From NCBI RefSeq assembly GCF_004010195.1, contig NC_057757.1:7021402-7085401 (forward strand): a stretch of DNA of 64,000 nt, given 5' to 3'. Shown piece after piece: positions 50,760-64,000 of this stretch. The notes beneath the pieces were generated by a model that was given only the letters and a program-made list of their open reading frames with translations, ran no database searches and was not told the DNA's origin. Position 1 is the stretch's first letter; the number at the start of each line of letters is the position of its first letter. The stretch comes from Chiloscyllium plagiosum. Taxonomy: Eukaryota. The position numbers were made by a program, and so were the translations under genes.

Positions 50760-51992
50760 CATCAGGGAAAGATACCAGGAGTAGTAGTTTCATTAGACGC
50801 GGAAAAGGCATTCGATAGGGTTGAATGGTCATATTTGTTTTACACATTAGAAAGGTTTGGCGTTGGAAAGGTGTATACCAAATGGGTCTCAACATTGTAT
50901 AGTGATCCCAAAGCAGTTGTGGTTACCAATGGATTAGGGTCGAATAGCTTCAGTGTGGGTAGGGGCTGCCGTCAGGGATGTCCTCTCTCGCCATTGTTAT
51001 TTACACTAATAATTGAACCACTAGCAGAAGCTATACGGGCTGATCCTTATATAACGGCCCCGAGGATTGGTATAGGTAAACATAAAATTACCCTTTATGC
51101 AGATGATGTTCTTCTATTCCTCAGTAATCCTCTGATGTCCGTACCTCACTTAATCCAAGTTATTAATACATTTAGCGCATTCTCAGCTTATAAAATTAAT
51201 TTCTCAAAATCGGAGGCTATGCCAATGGGTGGCCTCGCTATGATACCCCACTTAATGGACGGATCTCATTTTCCCTTTCGTTGGTCCCTGGAGGATTCTT
51301 ATATTTAGGTATTTTTATTACCCCAGTATTTGGTCAGTTATACAAGGCTAACTTTGTGCATTTACTGGAAAGGATAAGGCAGGACCTCCAGCGATGGGGA
51401 GACCTTCCAATTTCCTGGCTGGGTAGAATAGCACTAATTAAAATGAATGTCCTGCCCCATATCTGGAATCATAGACGGCCCCTCATTAAGCTGAAGAAGC
51501 TACAGCTGCCACAGGCAAGGGGAGGACTGGACTTCCCAGATTTTAGGAAATATCAGTTAAGTTCCCTATTAAGTTACATAGCTGATTGGGTCTTGTCTGA
51601 TCCGCAATCAATCTGGCTGGATGTCGAGGCTTCTCAAGTAAAATACCCACTTATTAACCTTTTATTTTCAGACAAGAGGAAAATCATTACGGATCACTGT
51701 AAAAACCCTATAATACTAAACACAATTAAAGCTTGGAATATAATGTGACAAAATGAGGGCAACTCACATAAAACATCCCCCTATGCGCCGATAGTGGGAG
51801 CATGGGGATTCCAACCGGGGTTTACAGATGCCACTTTTAAACTCTGGAGATCCAGGGGTATCTCATGTCTAGGGGACCTATTTAAAGATGGGGTCCTGAT
51901 GTCTTTTGAACAGCTGCGTCAGAAATTCGGATCTTTCGATACTTCCAAATTCGATATTATATACAGAAGAAGACTACGTTATTAAATAGTCT

Positions 51993-52496
51993 NNNNNNNN
52001 NNNNNNNNNNNNNNNNNNNNNNNNNNNNNNNNNNNNNNNNNNNNNNNNNNNNNNNNNNNNNNNNNNNNNNNNNNNNNNNNNNNNNNNNNNNNNNNNNNNN
52101 NNNNNNNNNNNNNNNNNNNNNNNNNNNNNNNNNNNNNNNNNNNNNNNNNNNNNNNNNNNNNNNNNNNNNNNNNNNNNNNNNNNNNNNNNNNNNNNNNNNN
52201 NNNNNNNNNNNNNNNNNNNNNNNNNNNNNNNNNNNNNNNNNNNNNNNNNNNNNNNNNNNNNNNNNNNNNNNNNNNNNNNNNNNNNNNNNNNNNNNNNNNN
52301 NNNNNNNNNNNNNNNNNNNNNNNNNNNNNNNNNNNNNNNNNNNNNNNNNNNNNNNNNNNNNNNNNNNNNNNNNNNNNNNNNNNNNNNNNNNNNNNNNNNN
52401 NNNNNNNNNNNNNNNNNNNNNNNNNNNNNNNNNNNNNNNNNNNNNNNNNNNNNNNNNNNNNNNNNNNNNNNNNNNNNNNNNNNNNNNNNNNNNNNN
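51993..52496. other. Assembly gap (N) inside L1 ORF2/3' end
   Basis: N run. Confidence 1.
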
Positions 52497-55400
52497 ACAT
52501 TCCGAGCATGTATCTCACTACCCAATTTCTATGTTATCCATTTTTTTTTTGTTTTTTTTATCTTTCTCTTATTTGAATAATGTAAGAGACTTAAATATAC
52601 ACTCTGGTTAGTTGTAGGTTAGATTAGTAGTTAGTTGAGTTTTGTTTTTTTTCTTTCTCGGTATTTTTTCTTTTGTTAAATTTTGGTGATTATATACTTA
52701 ACATTTAATTGTATATCAATGTTTGTACTTGAGAATTTTGTTTATTTTTGTAAACTTGTAAAAATGTTAAATTTCTAATAAAAATATCTGTAAAAAAACA
52801 ACACAGTTCAGGAAGAATGTTATCAAACTGGGAAGAGTGCAGAAGAGATTTACAAGGATGTTGCCAGGACTCGAGGGTCTGAGTTACAAGGAGAGGTGGG
52901 ACAAACTAGGACTTTTATTTTAGAGTGTAGGAGAGTGAGCAGGGATCTTATAGAGGTGTATAAGCTCATGAGAGGCATGGATAGGGTGAATGTAATCAGT
53001 CTTTTCCCCAGGGTTGGGGAATCAAGGTCTAGAGAGCATCAGTTTAAGGTTAGAGGAGAAAGAATAACCTTAGGGAACCTTAGGGGCAACCTTTTTTACA
53101 CAGAGGGTGGTACACATATGGAATGAGTTGCCGGGGAAGTGGTTGAGGCGGGTACATTAATAACATTTAAAGGGCAATTGGACAAATATGTGGATAGGAA
53201 AGGATTGGAAGAATATGGGCCAAGTGCAGGGAAATGGGATCGGCATGGATGGACATTTTAGTCGGCATGGACCAGTTTGGGCTGAAGAGCCTGTCTCTGT
53301 GTTGTAGGACTTTATGACTCTCACAGCAGATCAAAGAACATTCAATGAAAGAACAATTGCTTGTGGAGCAGATGGTCTAAGCACCACCAGTAGAAGATTT
53401 TGTTTCTCCGGATCCATTGCAGATCCCAAATTAAGATTAGAACCCATTGAGATTAGCGACAGAATCCCTGGAGTATGGGAGCAGGCCATTTGGCCAATCG
53501 AGTCCACACCGGCACTCCATAGTGCGTCCCAGATTGCCTGCATGGCTAATCCACTTAGCCTGCATATCTTTGGACTAAACCAGATCAACTAGAGAAAACC
53601 CACACAGCGACGAGGAGAATGTGCAAACCCCACACAGACCGTCGCTCAAGGGTGGAACCGAACCCAGGTCTCTGCCAGCAGTACTAACCACTGAGCCACT
53701 GTATTGCTGCCTACATTGGTGTAAGAAATTTGTTTCACACTGTAAGCAAAATGGAAACCCGTGACTATACTGGGTTGGCAGCAATGTTCTCCGCTCCTGT
53801 CTACAAGGATCAGTAAGTTATGTCAGAAAACACTAGCGACGAGATAGCCAAGGCGTGGTAAAGGCAATTTGATCTCCTTGCTGCACTTTCAACTAAGCTG
53901 GATGAATGAGTAGTTCTGGCAGATGTAAGTTTCATATCGGATGCTGAGTTAATTCATAAAATGTGAGTTCAAACAGAGGATTTCATTTCCTTAGCTACCC
54001 AGGAAGAATCCTCAGTCTCAGTGACCTGCAATCTTCAAATAGCATGACAAATGAGGATGGTTTCACCAACACTGCAGTCACCGAAGTTGATAAAGACGGG
54101 AAAGATGATCGAGAGTGAAAATGAAGCACCCAGTTCCGATTCAATTCATCACAGCTTTCATAGATTCATAGATACACACACACATACACTGCAGGAAAGG
54201 CTCTTTGGCCCATTAAGTCTGCATAACTACCTCTAAAAGTGCACTTGTCCAAAAATGTTATGATATTTGAAATGTTCATCCAAACACCTTTTGTAAGGTT
54301 TCCAGCCTCCACTACCTTCCCGAGCAGTGCATTCCCACCACCTGCTGAGTGATAAAGTGTTTTCCCAAAATTCCCTCTGAATGTCCCACCCCTTACCCTA
54401 AAACTATACCCTGTTGTGATTGACCCCTCCACCAAAGAGAACAGCTGACCTCTATTCCCCCTGTCCATCCCCCTTATAATCTTATACATCTCACTCATGT
54501 CCACCCTTCTCTGCTGTAAAGAAAACAATCCAAGCCTATCTAGTCTCTCCTTATCGCTCAATTTCTCCGTCCCCGGTAACATCCTAGTGAACCTCCTCTG
54601 CACCCCCTCTAGTGCTATCACATCCTTCCTGTAGTGAGGTGATCAGAACTGCACACAGTACTCTAGCTGTGGCCTGATCCAACATTACCTCCTTTTTTTT
54701 TTACACTATGCACAACTGATGAAAGCAAGTGTCCCATGTGCCTCTCAGCCACCCTTTTTCACACACTCTGCCAACTTCCAGGAATCTGTGATAATTACCC
54801 TAAGGTTTACCGGCAGATTGAGAGTGGAAATTAAGATGTGTTGCACACACTCCCATGGGTACCGTCACTGGGAAGGGATGTGTAACAGCCTGGTTCAGGT
54901 ATCCAGGATATAGCAAAAAAGAGTTGTCTGCTTTCAACAGGGAAGACCTTGCCTATGAAGGAAATCTCGGAGATTAAAAGTCTTCCAGACGAATGGGATG
55001 GTCAGCCCTCAAGCTGTCAAGACAGTCTTCATCTGAAGAGCCAACAAATCTTCCAAGTCACACATTCTGAGATGAGTGAAGCCGCTGGGTCACCTGGATT
55101 TGTAACGTGATAGACTAGGGGCAAGATGGAGTCAAATGTAATTGAATAATGTATAATGCCTCTTCACCAGGAACTTGGATTTGATTCCAGCCTCAGGCAA
55201 CTGTCTGTGTTGAGTTTTCATATTCTCCCCGTGTCTGCGTGGGTTTCCTCTGGGTGCTTCAGTTTCCTCTCACAGTCCAAAGTGGTTAAGGTGAATTGGC
55301 CATGCTAAATTGCCCATAGTGTTCAGGGATGTGTGGTGAAGTGCATTAGTCAGGGGAAATGTAAAGTAATGTAGGGGAATGGGTCTGCGTTGGTTACTCT

Positions 55401-57317
55401 TCAGAGGGTTGGTATGGACTTGTTGGGCCAAATGGCCTGTTTGCACACTGTAGGGAGTCTATGATCTATATAATCATGCAAAAACAGGGTGGAGATTGGA
55501 TAAAAGTGTAAGAGCCCTTTTTAAAATTCATTCTTGGGATGTAGGTATTGCTGGCTGGGTCAGCATTTATCACCTGTCCCTACTTGCCCCTTGAGTAGGT
55601 GGTGGTGAGCTGCCTTCTTGAACTGCTGCAGTCCATGTGCTGCCGGTAGACCCAAAATGCCTTTAGGAAGAGGCTCGTCAATGCCAACCAGATATCCTAA
55701 CCTAATCTAGTCCCATTTGCCAGCACTTGGCCCATATCCGTCCAAACCCTTCCTATTCATATACCCATCCAGATGCCTTTTAAATGATGTAATTGTACCA
55801 GCCTCCACCTTTTCCTCTGGCAGCTCATTCCATACACGCACCATCCTCTGCGTGAAGAAGTTGCCCCTTAGGTCCCTTTTAACTCTTTTCCCCTCTCACC
55901 CTAAATGTAAACCTGATGAAGGGCTCGTGCCCAAAACGTCAATTCTCCTGCTCCTCGGATGCTGCCCGATCTGCTGTGCTTTTCCAGCACCACACTCTCA
56001 ACTCTGATCTCCAGCATCTGCAATCCTCACTTTCTCCTAAACCTATGCCCTCTAGTTCTGGACTCCCTCACCCCAGAGAAAAGACTTTGTCTATTTATCC
56101 TATGCATGCCCATCGTGTGATTTTATAAATTTCTATAACGTCACCCCTTAGCTCCCAACTCTCCAGGGAAAACAGCCCCAGCCTATTCAGCCTCCCCTAT
56201 AGCTCAAACTCTCCAACCCTGGCAACATCCTTGTAAAACCTTTCTGAACTGTTTCAAGTTTCACAACATCCTTCCAGTAGGAAGGAGACCAGAATTGCAC
56301 GCAATTTTCCTACAGTTGATGGCTTTGGAGAGTCTGGAGTTGGGTTACACACTGTAGCATTCCCAGCTTCTGACTTTCCCTTGAAGCCACAGTACTTAAA
56401 TGGCAAGTCTCATCCAGTTCCTGGCCAATGGTAGCCCTCGGCCTGTTTGTGGTGGGGGGGAATTCAGTGATGGTACAATCTTGGAGTTGCAGTTCACCAA
56501 CACTTTCTCCAGGGCAATTAGGGATGAGCAATAAATAGCCAGTGGCTCCCACATTCCCACAGCTTCAAGTTAAACATAAATCATGTTCCCTTGATTAATT
56601 TTTGTGATAATTGAATTTTGCCTGACTTCTGTTGTGAAATCTTATCACACTAGACTTGCTTTCTTTCATAATTTATGACCTTAATTAATTAAACTGTGTT
56701 GCTACTCATGGTGAACCTTGAAACTGTTCTCTGAGCCACCGCTGCTCCTTCGCCCCACCACCAATTTTTTTGCAGACTGCAGAGTTTCCTAATCTTTCCA
56801 TCTGAAATGTCCCACCTATCTGTATTGAAATTAATTTGCTAATACCTGTTCCGAAAGTCCATTAATGTTGTTCTTTTGTTTGGCACGGTCTTCCTATCTG
56901 CTGACTAGAACCTGTAGTCATGGTCTTATGATCGATTTTTGCAATTCTCAACTGTATTTTTATGTGCCTGTTGTGCAATAGTGGACACAGTACTGATATC
57001 TGTGGAATTTCACTTCTTGTCCTTTTGTCAGGCTGAGTAACTTCCTTGTGCCCCTTCTCTCTGTTTTCTCTTCTGAGTACAATTGGTTATCCATTCCTCT
57101 ATTTCACCCCCTCACTCCCAGTAACCTGATCTGACCCATTAGTTTGCACTAGTTCCAACACTTTACAGAAGATCTGTTACAAATGCAAGGTATTGAAGAG
57201 ACACTGCATGTCTCAAAGTGCTGCATACTGCTTGGTGTGGCAGGAGTGCAGCAACTAGTATGTGTGCAGCAAGCTCCCACAAACTGCAACATGGTATTGC
57301 ATTTTGCTACAGCAAGG

Positions 57318-58890
57318 GTAGAGAGTGTGGTGCTGGACAGCAGGTCAGGCAGCATCCAAAGAGCAGGAGAATCGACATTTCAGGTATAAGCCCTTCATCA
57401 GGAATGCGACTTTGTGGGTCGGGGCCCGAGAGATAAATGGGAGGGAGGTGGGGTTGGGGGGAATTGTGGGTCGGGGCCCGAGAGATAAATGGGAGGGAGG
57501 TGGGGTTGGGGGGAAGATAGCTGGGAAAGCGATAGGTGGAGGATGGTGAGGGAGAAGGTGATAGGTCAGAGGGGGGAGTGATGGCAGTGCCGAGTTGGAA
57601 GCTTGGGACTGGGATAATGTGGGGAGAGGGAAAATGAGGAAGCTATTGAAATTCACATTTATCCCGCATGGTTGCAGGGTCCCAAGGTGGAATATGAGGC
57701 ATTCTTCCTCCAGGTGTTGGGTGGTAATGGTTTGGTGATGGAGGAGGCCCAGGACCTGCATGTCCGTGACGGAGTGGGAGGAGGAGTTGAAGTATTCAGC
57801 CTTGGGGCGGTGGGGTTACTGGGTGCGGGTGTCCCAGAGATGTTCTCTGAAACGAGCCGCAAGAAGGTGTCCTGTCTCCCCCATGTAGAGGAGACCACAC
57901 CGGGTGCAATGGATACTGTAGATGACATTGGGAGAGGTGCAGGTTGAATTTCTGATGGATGCGGAAGGATGCCTTGGGGCCTTGGGCGGAGGTGAGGGGG
58001 TGAGGTGTGGGCATAGGTTTTCCACTTCCTGAGGTGGCAGGGAAATGTGCCAGGAGTGGGGTGTGAGCATAGGTTTTCCACTTCCTGAGGTGGCAGGGAA
58101 AGGTGCCAGGAGTGGGGTGTGGGCTGATGGGAGGTATGGACCTGATGAGGGAGTCGCAGAAGGCATGGTCTTTTCGGAACACTAATAGGAGTTGGGAGGG
58201 AAATATACCTCTGGTGGTGGGGTTCATTTGGAGGTGGCAGAAGTAGTGGAGGATAATGCTTTGTATGCAGAGATTGGTGGGTTGGAAGGTGGGGACCAGG
58301 GGGGTTCTGTCCTTGTTGTGTTGGGAGGGATGAGGTTCAAGGGTGGTGGTACATGAAGTGGAGGAGATGTGCTGGAGGGCATCGTCAACCATTTGGGAAG
58401 AGAAGTTGTGATCGTGGAAGAAGGAGGCCATCTGGGACTTTCTGAGGTGGAATTGGTCATCCTGGGAATAGATGTAATGGAGTCAGAGGAATTGGGAATA
58501 AGGGATGGTGTTTTTACAAGAGGTAGGGTGAGAGGAGGTGTAGTCTAGGCTTGTAGTAGATGTCTGTGGTTAGTCGGTCACCAGAGACAGTGATGGAGAG
58601 GTCCAGGAAGGGGAGGGAGGTTTCCGAGATGGTCCAGGTGAATTTGAGGTTGGGGTGGAAGGTGTAGAGAATGTTGATGAACTGATCAACCTCCTCGTGG
58701 GAGCATGATACAGTCATCGATGTAGCGGAGAAACAGGTGGGGTGTGGTGCCGGTGTAACTGCGGAAGGTGGACTGTTCCACATATCCGACAAACAGGCAG
58801 GCATAGCTTGGTCCCATGCGGGTGCCGATAGCTACCCCTTTGGTACACTCTTGACTCTGAGCTCCAGCCTCTGCAGTCCTCACTTTCTCC
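57318..58890 (-). mobile_element. Penelope-like retroelement, 5'-truncated, with a short inverted pseudo-LTR piece at about 58845-58890
   Basis: KGVAIGTRMGPSYACLFVGYVEQ, FLRYIDDC, LKFTWTISETSLPFLDL and VIYSIHCTRCGLLYMGETG motifs; hammerhead-like core at 57373-57401. Confidence 0.9.
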
Positions 58891-60664
58891 TAGTTGACAA
58901 CAACAAGGGTAGGGCTTTTACAATTAATAGTAGGGCCTTGGGTGGTGTTGTAGAACAGAAGGAGTGAGAAGTGCAGGTACATAATTCTTTGAAATTTGCA
59001 TCACAGATAGACAAGGTGGTTAAAAAGGCATTTGGCATACGCCTTCATTGCCCAGTGTTTTGATTTTGGGAGTTGGGAAGTCATGTTAAGGTTGTGCAGG
59101 ACATTGGTGAGGCCTCTTCTGGAATATTGTGTCCAATTCTAATCTCCCTGTTATAGGAAGGTTATTATTAAGCTGGAAAGGGTTCAGAAGAGATTTACCA
59201 GAATGTTGCCGGGTATGGAAGGTTTGAGTTATGGAGAGGGTCTGAGACTGTTTTCACTGGAGCGTGGGAGGTTGAGATCTTATAGAATTTTATATAATAA
59301 TGAGGGATATAGATGGAGTTAATGGTAATTGTCTCTTCCCTGGGATGAGGGATTTCGAGACAAGGGGCATATTTTTAAGGTGAGAGGAAACAGATTTAAA
59401 CAAAGATATGAGGGGCAATTATTTTACACAGATGGTAGTTTGTGTGTGAAGTGAACTTTCTGAGGAAGTGGTGGATGTGGTTAAAGTCACAACATTTAAA
59501 AGGCATTTTAAAAATATGTACATGAATAGGAAAGAATTTGGAGGGATGTAGGTCAGGGGCAGGCAGATGGGTCTAGTTTAGTTTGGGGATTATGTTTGGC
59601 ATAGACTGGTTAGAGCGAAGGCCCTGTTTCCATAGTGGATGACTCTATGACAATGGTGGGGAGCACACAGTGGGTTTTTGCTCACTTAAACAGAAATTTA
59701 TGAGAATGAGGATAGATTGAAGACGCTGGGGAGAAGAGGGCTGAGAGGAGATTTGATACAGCTTTTCAAAATCATGTGTAGGGGCTGGACAGAGTAGGTG
59801 GGGAGAAACTGTCCCCATTTGTAAAAGACACAAGAACCACCTGAGTGCCACAGTGGTACAATGATTAGCACTGCTGCCTCATAGTACTAGGGACATGAGC
59901 CCAATTCCATTCTTGGGTGACTGTGAGGAATTTGCACATTCTCCTTGTGTTCTCTGTGGGTTTCCACTGGGTGCTCCGGCTTCCTCTCACAGTCCAAAGA
60001 TGGGTGTGTTGGCCAGGGGAAATGCTGAGTTACATTCCATCCAGGCTGAGTAAATGTTCCCTTTTATTTGTTGTATGTAAAATGATGTAAGGAAAGGGTT
60101 AACCAAACCTGTTTGTTCGGTGACTGATTAACATCAGTCTCCATGGATTCTAATTATTCCCAGTGGAGGGCTTCCATCTTTTAGTTTGGGTGGGATACTC
60201 TTCGGAGGGTCAAGATGGGCTGTCTGGCCTGCTCCCACACCACAAGGTTCTATGAACAAGAGGCATAGACTTCAAGTGAAGTGTCAGTGAAATGAGGGTG
60301 ATGTGAGGAAAAAGGAAACTTGTTCACACAGCAAGTTGTTAGGGTACGGAATGCACTACTTGGAAATGTGGTGGAGGCTGGTTCCGTGGACGGTTATTTG
60401 GGCAGTACGGTGTGCAGGGATAATTGCAGATAATGGAGCTGGGCATGATGAGCCGAATGGCTTCATTCTGTACTGTAACAATCCCAGGATTCTGAATTGC
60501 TATAGCACTTTCACTGGAACTTTGGGTGGTGATGGTACAGGCTATAATTCAGTTCTATCTCATGGATGACTGGGAATCTCTCCTGATCTTACTGGCCGCT
60601 ATTAGCATGGTGGAAGGATCTTTACAAGAAGGATACATACACACGAGATGAGGGCAACGCTGTC

Positions 60665-60910
60665 TAGAGGACAGTTAAGAGTCAGCCACATTGCTGTGGG
60701 TCTGGAGTAACATGGAGGCCAATTTCCTTCCCTAAAAGACATTAGTGAACCAGAATGGTTTTTCCCCAACAATTGGCAGCAGATTCACAGTCACCATTAG
60801 ACTGTTAATTCCAGACATTTTTAAAATAAACAATGAATTCAATTCTATCATGGTGAGATTCGAACTTAGGTCCCTGGATTAACAGTCCAGTGATAACGCC
60901 ACTAGACCTT
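60665..60910 (-). mobile_element. Deu-domain SINE-like or LINE-tail repeat; related pieces at about 36640-36750, 37680-37890 and 61640-61820
   Basis: gttaagagtcagccacattgctgtgggtctggag...ccttccctaaa.gacattagtgaacc, recalled as a shark SINE-family segment. Confidence 0.5.
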
Positions 60911-63581
60911 CACCTCCCCAGCTTTTGTGGGTTGTTCTCAATTCATTTGGCCTGTATCATGGGCACACCTTCCTTAGCAGTCAACTGGGACTTGAACCTG
61001 GCTTTCTGTCGCAATGGCACCACAACACCTTCCGACAGCAATGATGAGAATGGCCCAGTGATCTGTATTATTTTCATAGGAGTGGGTTACATACAGCCCT
61101 GGGCTCAGACTGCTAAGTCCTCTCGTTGCTGGTGATGGGCAGTGATCAGAGATGATGGTGTCAGGGTAATGTTGCTGGACACGCAGGTAGGTTATCTCAA
61201 TTGATTCGTAATGTACAGTGATGCCAACAGCACAGATTCAATCCCCAGGCATGGGGTTGAGAAACGTATCAGCCATGATTGAAAGGCGGAGCAGGCTTGA
61301 TGGGCTGAATGGCTTAATGTCTGCTCCAATGTCTTATGGTCTTAACTCTCGAAGTTAAGCTGAGGACCATCGAAAACACACATTGCTGGAGAAACTTGAC
61401 CCATCTGGGAGCGTTATTGCGGACAGTGTTCTGAACACTGAAGGAGGGTTATGGGATTTGCTTACTCTCCACCACAGCTGCCTTTCTTGAGCAGCTTCTG
61501 ATTTTGTTTCAGATCTTTGGTCGGCATGGACCAGTTTGGGCCAAAGGGCCTGTCTCTGTGCTGCAGGGCTCTGTCTCCAGCATCCATTGCTTTAGTTGAG
61601 CTTTCCTTGAGTTGTCTTTGCAATGAGAGAGAAGCTGCCTGGGGGACTCTGACGACTTTACCCAATAATTCAGGACCCCGGACTAATGTTCTCCGGCTAT
61701 AAGTTTGAATCCCATCATTACTGACGGTGAAATTTGACTTTAATTCCAAAAGTAAAACCTCAAATTAAAAGTTAGCCCATTGGTTGAGCGTTGTAAAAAT
61801 CAATCTGGTTCACTAACATGGATATGGAGCGCAGCAAAAGGCCTTCTGGCCCATCGACTCAGTGCTGGTCAAAAACACTCAGCTAACTATTCTAACACCC
61901 ATTTTCCAGCACTTCACCCATAGCCTTGTCTGCCTTGCATAGGAAGTGCACATCCTCAATGTAATGAGGGTTTCTGCCTTACAGACCATGAGATTTTAAA
62001 TCTTATTTTTCCCTTTATTCTAAAGATGTGCAGATTAGTTGGATTGGCCATTGCCATGGTGTCCAGGCTGGGTGGGTTAGTCATGGGGAAGGCAGGGGTT
62101 ACAGGGATAATGGTGGTGTTTGGCTGGGACACTCTTCAGAGGGTCGGTGTGGACTCGGTGGGCCGAATGGCCTGCTTCCGCAATGCAGGGATTAATGGGA
62201 GGAAATCTCGCTCGGTCTGACCGAGATGGGGTCTACCCAGCCTCTGGGATGGCCAAGTAAGCCAGGTCAGTTCGAGGGACACGCTGTAACTGATGGCCCG
62301 GGTCCCAGGAGATGTTGGCAGCCGCGGGATTCGAATCCCCTCCCCCCTCACTGGTTCCGGTCACTGCAGACTCTCTGGGAGCTGCCCCCTTGCTCCATGC
62401 ATGGTGTGGTGGTGTTGGAGGATGCACAGTTGGAGAGCAGAATAAATAGAGATTAGCGATGAACAGCTGTTAGGACCAGAGGAGCATGCAATTACACTCC
62501 TTCGTGGTGGCTCAGTGGTTAGCACTGCTGTCTTTCACCGTTAGAGACCCAGGTTCTAATTCTATCCGTGGGTGATATCTGTGTGGAGTTTCCACATTCT
62601 CCCTTTGTCTGCGTGGGTTTCCCCTGAATGCTCCAGGTTCCTCCCACAATCCAAAGATGAGCAGGTTAGGGTGCATTAGTCAGGGGTAGATGTAGAATAA
62701 TAGGGTAGGGCAATGGGTCTGGGTCGAATTTTCTTCGGAAGGTCAGTGTGGACTTGTTGGACCGAAGGGCCTGTTTCCACGCTGTCGTGATTCTATGACA
62801 TTCACTGTCCGTGCTCAGGAAGTCAGCCCCACTTCATTAAATATTAATAATCTGGACTCGGTTTTAGAGGGTGAAATTCCAAAGTTAACGATAATGGGAA
62901 TATCATAAATAATAAAGAAAACAATGGACATGGTGCAACAGGCCGATATGTGACAGTTGAATCATAAAGTTCGACGGCAGAGAAAAAAATCCCCCTTTCG
63001 CTCACCACCTCTGCACAGTCAAAAACCCTCACCTTGCAATTCTCTAATCCCATGTTCTAGCACTCAGCCCATAGCAAATGCACATCTAAATGCCACTTAA
63101 CATTACAAGGATTTCTGCCTCCACCACCCTTACAGGCACTGAGTTCCAGATTCCCCTTCACCCTCTTGGTTTAAAATGTTCTTTCTTTCCCTCAGGTTTC
63201 TTTTATGTTAAATTTATGCCAGACAAAAACTGCTCATGCTAGAGATCAGAAACAAACACAAGAATTGCTGGAAAAGCTAAGCAGGTCTGGGCTGCGTCAT
63301 CATTGATTCATCCGCCTTGGGGAAAAGTTCTTTCCTGTCTCCTCTATCCATGTCCCTCAGCTCAATCACGTAACCCCTTCCATCTCTTCTGCCCTAAGCA
63401 AAATAACCCAGTCGGTCCAATCTCTCTTCATAACTGAAACTCTCCAGCCCATCCTGGTAAATCTCTCTTCTGGTGCTATCCATTCCCCTTCCTATAATGG
63501 GGATTCTAAAACTACACACAACTGTAGCCTAGCCAACATTTTAGACAACCCCAGCACTTAAACTCTGTGCCTCGACCAATG

Positions 63582-63807
63582 CAGGTAGCCCCCACTATCT
63601 GAAAGTAGAGTGTTCCCATAAAACCTTTCATAAGCCAAAATGGCGTAGGGTAAGGAAGAATTAATTTTATGGGAAAATTTCGCCTTTTCTCGTAAAAGCG
63701 AAAAACCTCTTCAGATTTCTTTCAGTTAGCGAAAACAGGTACTAATGTAGGTATTTTGTAAAAGCGAAGTGGCGTAAAGCGAACTTTCAAAAAGCAGGGG
63801 ATACCTG
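63582..63807. mobile_element. Tc1/mariner (Tigger-like) MITE
   Basis: About 25-bp TIRs caggtagcccccactatctgaaagt and (reverse complement) caggtatcccctgctttttgaaagt; TA on the right flank, TG on the left. Confidence 0.75.
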
Positions 63808-64000
63808 TAAAGGTAAATATCCTATATGCCTCTTAACCATTTTATTCAACTGTCCCAATACCTTAAGGGACCAGTAGACACGCACCCTCTCTGATCCTCA
63901 ATGTTCCCCAGGGTCCTATCATTTATCATGCATTCCCTTGCCTGGTTGGTCCTGCCCAAGGCCAGAGATAAAGGCCAGAGCCCCTCAAAACATTTTTAGA

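Larger units (their letters stand above)
46815..52798 (+). mobile_element. Near full-length, inactivated L1-clade LINE: 5'UTR, ORF1 remnant to 47666, long spacer, ORF2 from 48463/48469 (APE endonuclease + RT), T-rich 3'UTR, AATAAA and A-tail
   Basis: ORF1 LDNRGRRKNIRLLGLPE...FQDFS...YPATL; ORF2 TWNVKG, LQETH, GGDFN, TRID, SDH, KAPGPDG, SLDAEKAFD, GCRQGCPLSPLLF, LYADD. Contains stops, frameshifts, deletions and two N gaps. Confidence 0.95.

Noticed and set aside
54925..55110. Possible + strand exon after ctgctttcaacag with a ~55-codon open frame
   Set aside because: No homology I recognise and no upstream exon; compatible with chance.
62200..62480. GC-richer unique block with palindrome gggattcgaatccc
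   Set aside because: No convincing ORF, splice pair or RNA-gene structure.

Overview
Eukaryotic, repeat-dense vertebrate DNA. The repeat complement (HE1/V-SINE-like tRNA SINEs, Deu-domain SINE-like pieces, abundant CR1 LINEs, Penelope-like elements) points to a cartilaginous fish, probably a shark; this is inferred from recalled repeat families. I reconstructed two divergently oriented spliced genes by reading GT-AG junctions. (1) A complete 5-exon FIS1 on the + strand (25032-31993, 152 aa) with an ETS/GABP + YY1 + NRF1-type promoter. (2) The 5' end of a probable STAG3 (meiotic cohesin subunit) on the - strand, with coding exons at 10305-10148, 9319-9220, 3668-3543 and 2967-2830, continuing beyond base 1. 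The rest is mostly transposon-derived: a near full-length decayed L1-clade LINE (46815-52798), three larger Penelope-like fragments, a Rex1/Babar-like fragment, many CR1 3' ends, SINEs, two Tigger-like MITEs, several minisatellites and three assembly gaps. The most notable observations are: about 13 minimal hammerhead-ribozyme cores from three Penelope-type families, several inside fold-back insertions with target-site duplications; a 5 x 47-bp YY1(/THAP1-like) motif array upstream of STAG3; an apparently extra exon-4-like module in STAG3; a splice-donor-like tandem array in STAG3 intron 1; and a small structured retroposed element with an L1-type TSD. I could not support a wholly new biological system, and most ORFs in the supplied track are repeat- or gap-derived artefacts.
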